A DNA stretch of 64,000 nucleotides, from assembly GCA_017464805.1 (NCBI GenBank), contig JAFTYE010000003.1:10259-74258 (forward strand), given 5' to 3'. A program made the position numbers and the translations under genes. Origin of the DNA: Clostridia bacterium. Lineage in GTDB: Bacteria > Bacillota > Clostridia > Oscillospirales > CAG-272. Of this stretch, positions 36,673 to 45,736 are shown one piece after another. The number at the start of each line of letters is the position of its first letter. Position 1 is the stretch's first letter. The notes beneath the pieces were generated by a model. The model made no database searches, was not told the DNA's origin, and worked only from the letters and a program-made list of their open reading frames with translations.

Positions 36673-36701
36673 TTGACAACCTGCATCCGTCGTGATAAAA
36701 T
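36673..36701 (+). promoter_or_regulatory. cassette 1 promoter, extended -10 (TTGACA-17-TGaTAAAAT)
   Basis: TTGACAacctgcatccgtcgTGaTAAAAT, 55 nt before the L1 start. TTGCACAAAA lies 35 nt upstream of the -35. Confidence 0.65.
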
Positions 36702-36755
36702 AGAAGCGTTAAGAACCACATATTCTTTCAAATACTTATTAAAGGAGAAACCACC

Positions 36756-39700
36756 ATGAGCAAGAAACTCTTGTCCCTTGTTCTCGCTGTCGTGATGCTG
36801 GTGCTTGCCGTTCCCGCGGTTGCGCTTCCCGTATTCGCGGCAGAAGAGGACGCTCCTGCCATAGCTACCGTCAAGGAAAGCTTTTCCACCAAGACGGACT
36901 ACACGGCAAAAACTCTGTTGACCGGAAAGAACGGTACCACGAACGTCTACGATGACACCGCTTATTTCATTCGTTGGTACGAGAGCGCAACCAGCGAAAG
37001 CTACTACACTACGGCTGCTGACGTCATTCCCGAGACCGCAGTGGCCAAGATCAACCCTGCGTTGATTGAGAAGGGCATCGTTTCGGCTGACGACAGCTTT
37101 ACCGTTGCCTTCAATAAGTGGGTCGCCTACGTTCAGGAAGCATCCTCGATCACCTTCAAGGAGAACTGGGCTGTCGGTAGTATCGATGCGGCAAACGTGT
37201 TTACCCCCCTTCACGACATCAGCTATTCCAGCGGTAAGACTGCCTTCAACCTGAAGGTCCGCAGCGGCAACCAGACGCTGGACTCCGAATGGGATGGCAA
37301 CCACTTCTACGTCACCAAGGTGAACAGTGACGGCCTGTTCAAGGGTATGTACAACCGCCTGTCCCAGGCGATCAGTGCCTCCACCCAAGTAAAGGATATT
37401 GCCGTTCCTCTCGCTACTGCCGTTGGTATCACCGGCATCTGTGGCTATGCATATCAGGGTAGTGCTATGTCCTACATCTCCGGTGGCTGGCTGCGCAACA
37501 CGCCCGGCACCACCGCTCCCGGTGCTCGCCTTACCGGCGTTCAGTGGACCTCTACCTACACCGGCTACGCCAAGATCAGCTTGGATCTGTTGCACCGCCA
37601 CAGCGGCGCAGAAACCGCCTTTGGCGTTATGCACAACGGCAACCTGATCGTGAATTACACCAACGTAACCGATGCGGCTACCGCGAATGCAGCCATCGGC
37701 GATCTGGAAATCCCCGTATTCCCCGGCGACACCATCGCTCTGGTATTCGGCCGCACTGCAACCGTCACTCCCACCCTGACGATCGAGGCTACCGTTGAGG
37801 TAGATACCTCTCGCATGCCCCCCGAGACATGGACCGGTAGTGAGTACAACGCGACCATGGGCCTCATTGCGGACGATAGCAAGTACTTCTTTGCTTGGTA
37901 TGACGGCGGCTCCAAGGTCGATGCCGGTGTATCCGTTTCGGATAATGCAGTCGGTAAGGTTAACCCCACTCTTATTGAGATGGGTATCATCTCCTCGACC
38001 GACACCGTGAAGAAGGCCTTCGATAAATGGGTCGATTACATGAAGCAGACCACCAAGATCACCTACAACGGTGCATGGGAGATCGACAACGTGTACGGCA
38101 CGAAGCTCGCACCCATCGCTTACCACAACTACTACAACAACCGTCCTGCTTTCGTCATCGCGGGCTCGGCGGGTGCCTACAAGACCTCCAGCCTCAATGA
38201 TACCTATTGGGTGACCGAGGAGGGTATTGACAGAATCTACGCCGGTATGTGGAACTGCATCGTAAAGACGCTGTCGGGTAGTGAGGTCGTCTCCACAGTC
38301 GAGGTAAGCACCGCAGACGCATACAAGAGTGTGATCACGCCGCACTCCTATCAGGTCAGCTCGACCCTGCAGGGTACCTCCTACACGCTTCGTCCCGGTG
38401 CCAACCCGAACGCAGGCTACACGATCGCTTACACATGGACCTCTCACGGCGCAGGATGTGCAAAGATTACGTTTGAGAACATCAGCGGCGGTAACGCACA
38501 GTACACTGTCGCTGTCAATGGCGTGGCTCTGATGGACTATCAGACCCTCAACCTCAACGATGCAAGCGCATTGGAAACGCTCAACGAAACCATCGCGGCT
38601 TTGGAGATCCCCGTCTTCGAGGGGGACAAGGTTTCCGTTATCTTCGCCCGTAACGGCAGTGCCATCGGTGTAAAGGGTGCTGTCAGGGCCGAACTGGATA
38701 CCGAGAAGATCCCCGTTGCCTACAAGCGCGGCGAAACGATTCTGCAAACCTTTGTGGTCAAGGCAGGCGACGCTCTGCCGGAGCTGACCGGCGTGTCCAG
38801 CTTCGGTACTGCGGGCTACTTGATCAACGGCAAGTATGCCGCCACCCTTCCCGAAACCGTGGAACAAGGCTTGCTGATCGAGGACTACACCATCCGTTCC
38901 TCTACAAGCATCACCATCAATAACCGCTACATCATCAATGTGTACGTTCAGGCCGATGAGGATGCCACCGGTGCTGGTGTCATTGTAAACGGTCGTATGA
39001 TGAACGGTGTGAAGCAGGAGGACGGCTCTTGGAAGGTGATCGCCATGACCGTTCCCGCAAGCAAGCTCCAGAGTGCGGTTGTGACTTATAAACCCTTCCA
39101 GACCTATGCGGACGGCTACCGCGTCAGTGTGGCCGAAACTACCGTTAGTGCCATGGATCTTCTCAATACCTATATAACCGGCAACTTCGACGCCACCACC
39201 AAGGCTCTTGCCCAGGGCGTTATGGACTACGCAGAGGCGTTGCGCGCATTCATGACCAATGTCGATGTGTCCGCCGATGTTAAGCTCCGCTTGAGAGGCG
39301 AGGCAACCATTAAGGGTGTTCCTTTGTCCGGCAAGAACGAGATCTACCTCGGTACGCTGAAGTATATCTCTACGGGCGAGGTTCCGAAGTACATCTCGGC
39401 CAACCAGGATCAGACCTTCGTTCCCGATCCTACCGTCACCGAGGCTGACAAGGTGAAGATGGGCTTTGAGGAAGGTGTGGACCCGTCCTCTGACGAGTAC
39501 AAATATGCCATCAAGGATGTCACGCTGAACATGGAAACCCAGATCGGCTTCGCCTTCCGCGTCGTTGCCAACGGCGACAACAAGATCTCCGACCTGCGTC
39601 CCGGCGGCCTGTACGCCGTGAAGGTAAGCTCCGATGTGGTGGACGAAATCTACTACGATGCCTTCCTGTATGAGGGCGATGACAGAACCACCAAGGCCAT

Positions 39701-39932
39701 CGTGGTGGACGGCGTTCCCGCATCCCGCTACGATCAGGATATGGAATTTACCATTGTAGAGAAGCAGGCAGACGGCAGCTATGTTGAGGTCAGTGCAACC
39801 CTGACATACAGCGTTAAGGCTTATGCCGTACAGACCTATCGCTTCGGCGACTGGGGCTACAAGCCCATGCTGGCACAGGCCCTGTTCCGCCTTGGTGTGC
39901 TGGCTGACGAGTACGTGGCTGCACACGCATAA
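36756..39932 (+). CDS. large secreted repeat protein L1 (1058 aa), unknown family
   Basis: AAAGGAGA RBS. The Sec signal peptide is MSKKLLSLVLAVVMLVLAVPAVALPVFA|AEE. It has two roughly 330-aa internal modules and a 407-aa C-terminal region paralogous to L2. Differences between the paralogs are mostly synonymous in this frame. Confidence 0.85.
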   Translation: MSKKLLSLVLAVVMLVLAVPAVALPVFAAEEDAPAIATVKESFSTKTDYTAKTLLTGKNGTTNVYDDTAYFIRWYESATSESYYTTAADVIPETAVAKINPALIEKGIVSADDSFTVAFNKWVAYVQEASSITFKENWAVGSIDAANVFTPLHDISYSSGKTAFNLKVRSGNQTLDSEWDGNHFYVTKVNSDGLFKGMYNRLSQAISASTQVKDIAVPLATAVGITGICGYAYQGSAMSYISGGWLRNTPGTTAPGARLTGVQWTSTYTGYAKISLDLLHRHSGAETAFGVMHNGNLIVNYTNVTDAATANAAIGDLEIPVFPGDTIALVFGRTATVTPTLTIEATVEVDTSRMPPETWTGSEYNATMGLIADDSKYFFAWYDGGSKVDAGVSVSDNAVGKVNPTLIEMGIISSTDTVKKAFDKWVDYMKQTTKITYNGAWEIDNVYGTKLAPIAYHNYYNNRPAFVIAGSAGAYKTSSLNDTYWVTEEGIDRIYAGMWNCIVKTLSGSEVVSTVEVSTADAYKSVITPHSYQVSSTLQGTSYTLRPGANPNAGYTIAYTWTSHGAGCAKITFENISGGNAQYTVAVNGVALMDYQTLNLNDASALETLNETIAALEIPVFEGDKVSVIFARNGSAIGVKGAVRAELDTEKIPVAYKRGETILQTFVVKAGDALPELTGVSSFGTAGYLINGKYAATLPETVEQGLLIEDYTIRSSTSITINNRYIINVYVQADEDATGAGVIVNGRMMNGVKQEDGSWKVIAMTVPASKLQSAVVTYKPFQTYADGYRVSVAETTVSAMDLLNTYITGNFDATTKALAQGVMDYAEALRAFMTNVDVSADVKLRLRGEATIKGVPLSGKNEIYLGTLKYISTGEVPKYISANQDQTFVPDPTVTEADKVKMGFEEGVDPSSDEYKYAIKDVTLNMETQIGFAFRVVANGDNKISDLRPGGLYAVKVSSDVVDEIYYDAFLYEGDDRTTKAIVVDGVPASRYDQDMEFTIVEKQADGSYVEVSATLTYSVKAYAVQTYRFGDWGYKPMLAQALFRLGVLADEYVAAHA

Positions 39933-39955
39933 GCGGTTGAAAGGAGAATAGCAGC

Positions 39956-40117
39956 ATGAAATACGAAAATCCCGAAATGAAATGGCTTCTTTCCACCGAT
40001 GATGCCATCATGGAATCCGTAGAGCAGCCGCCCGTCGACATTCCCGAGGAGGATATGAAAGACTTCACCGAGGAGAATAAAAATGTCCTCGATAAAGGCT
40101 GGGTAAGCCTGTTCTGA
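39956..40117 (+). CDS. 53-aa acidic peptide s1 (below ORF-track cutoff), cognate to L1
   Basis: A GAAAGGAGA RBS is present and the gene starts 23 nt after the L1 stop. The product is MKYENPEMKWLLSTDDAIMESVEQPPVDIPEEDMKDFTEENKNVLDKGWVSLF. It is 48/53 identical to s2 and a terminator follows. Confidence 0.7.
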   Translation: MKYENPEMKWLLSTDDAIMESVEQPPVDIPEEDMKDFTEENKNVLDKGWVSLF

Positions 40118-40131
40118 TCATTCCCGAAACC

Positions 40132-40166
40132 AAAGCCCCCCGACGCATCGCGTTGGGGGGCTTTTT
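40132..40166 (+). terminator. intrinsic terminator of cassette 1
   Basis: aaaGCCCCCCGACGcatcgCGTTGGGGGGCttttt. Confidence 0.8.
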
Positions 40167-40528
40167 GCATCTTCGAACATGCACGCGCCCGAGATCCTTC
40201 GCCGCACTTTGCTGTCGCAGGGCGGCTCTGGGATGACACGGGCGGAAGCAGACCGTCGAAGGAGTCCCCCGCAACAAAGGTGTTCTGCTTCGCTGTATGG
40301 CATCTTGGCATGAGACGGCGCCCTCGACGTCCCGTGAAAGGCAGAAAAGCACCGCGCGGGTTGTCGAGGAGCACGCAGACCATCTGTCCCGCTTGCAAAA
40401 TGAAATAGGGAAAAGAGAAGTCCGCAAAAAGCCCGCAAAGGCTTCATTTTTTTGCAAAACGGCCGAATTAAAACAAAAAATAGACAAATTGCACAAAAAG
40501 AGGACTAAAAAATGTACATAGTGCCGAA

Positions 40529-40557
40529 TTGACAAATTGTCCAATTCGTGATACAAT
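40529..40557 (+). promoter_or_regulatory. cassette 2 promoter, extended -10 (TTGACA-17-TGaTACAAT)
   Basis: TTGACAaattgtccaattcgTGaTACAAT, 57 nt before the L2 start. TTGCACAAAA lies 34 nt upstream of the -35. Confidence 0.65.
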
Positions 40558-40613
40558 AGTAGAAGAATTCCTGTATTCTTTTTTTGGAAATATACACAAG
40601 GAGAAAAAACACC

Positions 40614-43600
40614 ATGAGCAAAAAACTTCTATCTCTCTTTCTCGCTGCTGTGATGCTGGTGCTGGCGATCCCCGTTGCGGTGTTGCCGACGTTCGCTACC
40701 GCGGCTGCGACCGCAACCGCAGAAGGCTTCACCACGACCTTCTCGGATGCCGAGGACATAGTCCCCGAGAATGCCAACAAGGCAGATTACACCACGGGTA
40801 CGATCATCGAGTTTCCCGCAGGCTGGGAGATCGGTGCCATGTCCGCCGCAACTTGGAATGAAAGCTACCACATCACCAACGTCTCCATGAACAACGGTGA
40901 GTGCTTCCACGGCGGCGGCGGCTGGATGGAGGGCGCCAGCGGCGGCGGCTTCTATTTCGGTAGCGGTCAGCTGGTTGCGGCCATCCGTTATATCAACGAG
41001 ACCGAGGATCTCAATGGTGACGGCGCACAGAATGCCGACGACCGTACCTTCGGCCAGTTGGATGCCAACATCATGATCCGTTACACCGCTCCCTACTTCG
41101 GTATCGTCTCCGTTGACGTGACCAAGCTGAATTTCAACAACACCTGGAACGCCATGTTTGCCATCCTGCTGAATGGCGAGCCTGTCGGTCAGTTTGACAC
41201 CGCTGATTTTGATTATGCAAGCGGTGAGGGCTGGTTCAAGCCTACGGACGTTGACTCCACCGATGCGATTGACTCCATCGTAAGTCTGGATGTCAAGAAG
41301 GGCGACAAAATCGACTTCGTCTTCCGTGGCACAGGCGTGGATTCCACTAGCGTCGCAGACTTCAACTACAACAACTGTAAGCGTCTTGCCAACGACTGGG
41401 GTTTCTCGGTTGAGTACGAGGCAGGTTATGCTCTCGTGGAGGATATGGATGCTTGGGCAAACGAGCAGACTGCCGACGTGATTGTCAATAACACCGCCGG
41501 TATCTACTTCTTCGCTTGGTTTGACGGCGATGTGCAGAAAACAAGCGGTTCTTTGTCCGACGACGCCGTTTTGAAGATCAACCCCTATCTGGTTGACAAC
41601 GGTGTCGTATCCGCTACCGATACGGTAGAGCAGGCGTTCGACAAGTGGGTCGCTTACATGAAGGATACCACCAAGATCACCTATAATAGCAACTGGTCGA
41701 TGGGCTCTATCAACGGTAGCACATATCTGCCCATTCTGTACCACGGCTTCCTGTCCGATCGCTCTGCCTTCCATCTGGACGGCACCGCGGGCGCTTATAC
41801 GTTCAGTGGCTGGGACAACCAGTACTGGATCCCCGAGGCAGGCGTGGACGCACAGTTCAACAAAATGTATTCCCTGATCACCGGGGTCATTGCTGCAGAC
41901 ACGGTCGTGTCTACCATCGAAATGAATCCTACCGATGCGATGTCTCGCGCCTCCGGTAATAAGATCACTCCCTCCACCTCCACCGGCTACGGACACGCCG
42001 GTAGCAAAAGTGGCGGTCGTACCAATCCCTTCTGGGGTCGTTCCGTCGGAAACAAGGGCGGCGTTAACATAGCGTACACCTGGACGGCTCCTACCGCAGG
42101 CTATGCAAAGTTTGAGATCGGCAGCATTCAGTATCAGGATAATGCTCCCGTTGATTTCGCCGTGATGCTCAACGGCTCGACCCAGCTCGGCTACGTGACG
42201 GTTGATCTGTCCGAGGCAGATGCGCTGGATCAGCTCAACGCCCTGCTGGCAGACTTTGAGGCTCCCGTATTCCAGGGCGATCAGGTCTCGCTGGTGTTTG
42301 CCCGTGTGAACGGCAACGCTGCCCGTGTCAACCTCACCGCCAAGGCGAACCTTGACACCTCCCGCATTCCTCCCGTATACGAGGCAGAGAACACCTGGAC
42401 GGGCGACTCCGCTTCTGCCACCGTTGCCAAAAACACGACCGATGGTATGTATCTGTTCCATTGGTACCGTAACGGCGAGCGGGTGGCTAATGGTGCCGAG
42501 TTGGCAAGCGGTGATGTTTTAAAGGTTAACCCCTACCTGATCGAGAACGGCATCGTCGCCGCAACCGACACCTATAAGGTAGCATTTGATAAGTGGATTG
42601 CCTACGTCAAGGAGACCTTCCACATCTCCTATAATAACAACTGGTCTATGGGTGCGATGAGCCCTGCCGGCATTTACGAGCCCATTCTGTATCCCGGCTT
42701 CACCTCCTATTGCTCGCTTCTGAATGTCACTGAAAGCGGCCAGGTCGGCGGTTGGGATAGCCAGTTCATGGTAACCGCGTCCTCCTTTGAAGCGATGACC
42801 AACGACACCTATAAGCGTTCGCTTGACTTTGTGAAGGCAAACGCGCTTGTTTCCGATATTGCCATCGGCTACAAGGCTGAAATGCACTACAAGGCTCTGG
42901 CCTCCACCAGCTCCGGCTGGGCCACCGGCGGTAACAGCAACGCATGGAATGATCCCTTCTGGACCCGTCCGACCAACAATGTTGGCTCCGGTAGCTACGG
43001 TGCATACGCTTGGACCGCTCCCGTGTCCGGTGTGGCCACCTTCAAGGTCAACGGCATCAACTTCAGAGAGGGCTCTGCCGGTGTGATGCCCTACGCCATC
43101 ATGCTCAACGGCGTGATCGTCCGGGATTGGACCAACTTCAACATCACCAGCTCCTCGGCACTCTCGGACATCAATGCACAGATCGGCACGGTTGAATTCC
43201 CCGTGCAGGCAGGCGATCAGGTTGCCATCGTGACCGCCCGTTACAACGGCAGCGCGACCCGTCTGGATCTCGACATCGCCGTTTCCATGGATACCACCCG
43301 TGTTCCCGTCGTGTACAAGAAGGGTGACACCGTGCTGGCGACCTACGTGGTCGAAAGAGGCGAGGCTCTGCCCCAGCTGACCGGCGTGTCCGATTTCGGT
43401 ACGGTCGGCTATCTTGTAAACGGCAAGTTCGAAAAGACCCTTCCCGAAACCGTTGAGGACGGCCTGCTTATCGAGGACTATGCTATCGAGACCTCCGTCA
43501 GCGTGACCATCAACAACCGCTACGTCATCAACGTATACGTGCAGGCCGATGAGGACGCTACCGGTGCCGGTATCATCGTAAACGGTCGTTTCATGTACGG

Positions 43601-44525
43601 CATCAAGCAGGAGGACGGCTCCTACAAGGTAGCTGCCCGGGTTTTGGCAGCCAGCCAGCTCCAGACCGCATCCTTGACCTTCAAGGCATTCCAGACCTAC
43701 GAGGACGGTTACCGCATCAGCGCGGCAGAGACCACCGTTACTTCCATCGGTCTGTTTGAAGCCTACGTTAACGGTGACTACGATGCCACCACCAAGGCGC
43801 TTGCCTCCGGTGTTCTGGACTTCGCAGAGGCACTGCGCGCTTATATGACCGGCATTGACCTGAATGCTACCGTCAAAAACCACCTCAAGGGCACCTACAC
43901 CATCTCCGGCAACTACCTCAGCGGTAAGCACGATGTTTACCTCGGCACGTTGAAGCAGATCACCACTGGTGAGGAGGCGAAGTACATCGCCAACTTCAAG
44001 GATGCCGTGTTCGCTCCCGATCCCACCGTTACCGAGGCTGACAAGGTGAAGATGGGCTTTGAGGAAGGTGTGGATCCGACCTCCGACGAATACAAGTACG
44101 CCATCCAGGCCGTTACGTTGAACCTCGAAGATCAGATCGGCTTTGCTTTCCGCGTTGTGGGCAACGGCGACAATGCTGTTGCTGACCTGCGTCCCGATGG
44201 CGTGTATGCACTGCGTGCAGACTCCGGCGTTGGTGACTATTCCTACTACGATGCTTTCCTGTATGATGGCGATGACAAATCTGCCAAGGCAATCGTTGTA
44301 GACGGTCTCCCCGCATCCCGTTACGATCTGGATCAGAACTTCACGATTGTAGAGAAGCAGGCAGACGGCAGCTACGTTGAGGTCAGTGCGACCCTGACGT
44401 ACAGCGTTAAGGCTTACGCGGTTACCACCTTTACCTTCGGCAAGGCAGACTATGCAAGCTATCTGGCGCAGGCCCTGTTCCGTCTGGGCGTACTGGCTGA
44501 CGAGTATGTAGCCGCACACGCATAA
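40614..44525 (+). CDS. large secreted repeat protein L2 (1303 aa), unknown family
   Basis: ATG 40614 follows an AAGGAGAAAAA RBS. The signal peptide is MSKKLLSLFLAAVMLVLAIPVAVLPTFA. An N-terminal module is related to the L3 N-terminus, followed by two roughly 330-aa modules and a C-terminal 407 aa paralogous to L1. Confidence 0.85.
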   Translation: MSKKLLSLFLAAVMLVLAIPVAVLPTFATAAATATAEGFTTTFSDAEDIVPENANKADYTTGTIIEFPAGWEIGAMSAATWNESYHITNVSMNNGECFHGGGGWMEGASGGGFYFGSGQLVAAIRYINETEDLNGDGAQNADDRTFGQLDANIMIRYTAPYFGIVSVDVTKLNFNNTWNAMFAILLNGEPVGQFDTADFDYASGEGWFKPTDVDSTDAIDSIVSLDVKKGDKIDFVFRGTGVDSTSVADFNYNNCKRLANDWGFSVEYEAGYALVEDMDAWANEQTADVIVNNTAGIYFFAWFDGDVQKTSGSLSDDAVLKINPYLVDNGVVSATDTVEQAFDKWVAYMKDTTKITYNSNWSMGSINGSTYLPILYHGFLSDRSAFHLDGTAGAYTFSGWDNQYWIPEAGVDAQFNKMYSLITGVIAADTVVSTIEMNPTDAMSRASGNKITPSTSTGYGHAGSKSGGRTNPFWGRSVGNKGGVNIAYTWTAPTAGYAKFEIGSIQYQDNAPVDFAVMLNGSTQLGYVTVDLSEADALDQLNALLADFEAPVFQGDQVSLVFARVNGNAARVNLTAKANLDTSRIPPVYEAENTWTGDSASATVAKNTTDGMYLFHWYRNGERVANGAELASGDVLKVNPYLIENGIVAATDTYKVAFDKWIAYVKETFHISYNNNWSMGAMSPAGIYEPILYPGFTSYCSLLNVTESGQVGGWDSQFMVTASSFEAMTNDTYKRSLDFVKANALVSDIAIGYKAEMHYKALASTSSGWATGGNSNAWNDPFWTRPTNNVGSGSYGAYAWTAPVSGVATFKVNGINFREGSAGVMPYAIMLNGVIVRDWTNFNITSSSALSDINAQIGTVEFPVQAGDQVAIVTARYNGSATRLDLDIAVSMDTTRVPVVYKKGDTVLATYVVERGEALPQLTGVSDFGTVGYLVNGKFEKTLPETVEDGLLIEDYAIETSVSVTINNRYVINVYVQADEDATGAGIIVNGRFMYGIKQEDGSYKVAARVLAASQLQTASLTFKAFQTYEDGYRISAAETTVTSIGLFEAYVNGDYDATTKALASGVLDFAEALRAYMTGIDLNATVKNHLKGTYTISGNYLSGKHDVYLGTLKQITTGEEAKYIANFKDAVFAPDPTVTEADKVKMGFEEGVDPTSDEYKYAIQAVTLNLEDQIGFAFRVVGNGDNAVADLRPDGVYALRADSGVGDYSYYDAFLYDGDDKSAKAIVVDGLPASRYDLDQNFTIVEKQADGSYVEVSATLTYSVKAYAVTTFTFGKADYASYLAQALFRLGVLADEYVAAHA

Positions 44526-44553
44526 GCCGAACGGTTGAAAGGAGACCCTACGC

Positions 44554-44715
44554 ATGCAATACCAAACCCCCGAAATGACATGGCTTCTTTCTACCGATGA
44601 TGCCATCATGGAATCCGTAGAACAGCCGCCCGTCGACATTCCCGAGGAGGATATGAAAGACTTCGCTGAGGAGAATAAAAACGTCCTCGATAAAGGCTGG
44701 GTAAGCCTGTTCTGA
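44554..44715 (+). CDS. 53-aa acidic peptide s2 (below ORF-track cutoff), cognate to L2
   Basis: A GAAAGGAGA RBS is present and the gene starts 28 nt after the L2 stop. The product is MQYQTPEMTWLLSTDDAIMESVEQPPVDIPEEDMKDFAEENKNVLDKGWVSLF, and a terminator follows. Confidence 0.7.
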   Translation: MQYQTPEMTWLLSTDDAIMESVEQPPVDIPEEDMKDFAEENKNVLDKGWVSLF

Positions 44716-44731
44716 TCATTCCCCAAAACCC

Positions 44732-44766
44732 AAACACCCCGACGCGATGCGTCGGGGTGTTTTTTC
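44732..44766 (+). terminator. intrinsic terminator of cassette 2
   Basis: aaACACCCCGACGCgatGCGTCGGGGTGTtttttt. Confidence 0.8.
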
Positions 44767-44775
44767 ATGCAGCTC

Positions 44776-44804
44776 TTGCAATTTTCGGGAAAAAGCCGTA
44801 TAAT
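44776..44804 (+). promoter_or_regulatory. sigma-70-type promoter (TTGCAA-17-TATAAT) of the LysR gene
   Basis: TTGCAAttttcgggaaaaagccgTATAAT, 35 nt upstream of ATG 44840. Confidence 0.6.
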
Positions 44805-44839
44805 ATAAAAAGTGATAGATTCCGACAAAGGAGCAGGCT

Positions 44840-45682
44840 ATGGAGCTGTTGCAGTTAAAATACCTTTGCACCGCCGCGCGGTTTGAAAATTTTTCCCGTG
44901 CCGCGAAATTTCATAACATCCCGCAGTCCGCGATCTCCAAAACCATCGCCCAACTGGAGCGGGAGCTCGGCACGCAGCTTTTCACGCGGAACGGCAATCG
45001 TGTCACCCTAAACGAGCGCGGCAAGCTGTTTTGCCGTGAGGTCAGCCGCGCGCTCGGCATCCTGGGTGACGCCGCACAGGCCGTCAAGGAAACGGTCTCC
45101 CTGCACGGCGAGGTACGACTTCTGGTGCAGGAGCATCTATATGAGGTGCTTTCGGTCATTTCGGAGTTCAAAAAGGAATACCCCGACGTGTCGGTGTCGG
45201 TGGTGACCGAGCCGCGTGAGGGCTTTGCGGACGACCTCCGCATCTGCTCTGCCTCGGCGGCGGGAGATCGTCTCGGCTTTGAAAAGCTGCATGACGCGCG
45301 CGTGTCCCTTCTTTTGCCCTTGCATCACCCCCTCGCGGGGGAGCGCATTCAGGCGGCATCTCTTGCGGGACAGCGGCAGATCCTGTTTACCCGCGATACC
45401 ACCTGCGCCCGTGTGGCGCGGGAGCGGCTTGCACAGGCAGGCGTGACGTTGGAGACGGCCATGTCCTGCGATGACCGCAGCAGCCTGCTTTCCTGCGTGG
45501 CATCGGGGCTTGGCGTGGCGTTTACCTCGGACATCTCGGAACGGGAGGCCGAGGATGCCGGCGTTGCCGTTTGCCGCTTGCAGGAGGATTGGCGGTACGC
45601 CACCTGTCTTTCTTACCGCCGTGCCCTTTCCCCGGCAGGGGAGGCACTGCGCGCGCTGATCCTTATTCGCTTGGGGATGTAG
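44840..45682 (+). CDS. LysR family transcriptional regulator
   Basis: N-terminal winged HTH MELLQLKYLCTAARFENFSRAAKFHNIPQSAISKTIAQLERELGTQLFTR followed by a substrate-binding domain; 280 aa. Confidence 0.9.
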   Translation: MELLQLKYLCTAARFENFSRAAKFHNIPQSAISKTIAQLERELGTQLFTRNGNRVTLNERGKLFCREVSRALGILGDAAQAVKETVSLHGEVRLLVQEHLYEVLSVISEFKKEYPDVSVSVVTEPREGFADDLRICSASAAGDRLGFEKLHDARVSLLLPLHHPLAGERIQAASLAGQRQILFTRDTTCARVARERLAQAGVTLETAMSCDDRSSLLSCVASGLGVAFTSDISEREAEDAGVAVCRLQEDWRYATCLSYRRALSPAGEALRALILIRLGM

Positions 45683-45736
45683 CATAATTCCGAAAAAAGG
45701 TTATACTGTTAGAAAACCGAACAAGGGGGACACGTC

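Noticed and set aside
36418-36759. The plus-strand ORFs covering the cassette promoter regions (36418..36759, 40529..40861, 48740 extension) as real small genes or N-terminal extensions.
   Set aside because: They read through the -35 and -10 elements and the RBS of the downstream large genes. In-frame ATGs with proper RBSs (36756, 40614, 48782) give canonical signal peptides.
38775-38792. LPELTG in L1 (and LPQLTG in L2, 43368..43385) as a sortase LPxTG sorting signal.
   Set aside because: The motif lies about 385 aa from the C-terminus and is not followed by a hydrophobic segment and a positively charged tail. It is probably coincidental, although conserved between the paralogs.
36507-39926. 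Very long antisense ORFs mirroring the large genes (36507..39926, 40629..42461, 42519..44828 and 48743..51352, all minus strand).
   Set aside because: The plus-strand frames have RBSs, signal peptides, promoters and terminators. Differences between the paralogs are mostly synonymous in the plus frames. The antisense translations are low-complexity (Gly/Val/Asp/His-rich) with no start context. They are typical shadow ORFs.
41007-41042. DLNGDGAQNADD in L2 as a dockerin/EF-hand Ca-binding segment.
   Set aside because: It is a single loop only. A dockerin needs two duplicated segments with following helices, and no cohesin-like partner was seen.
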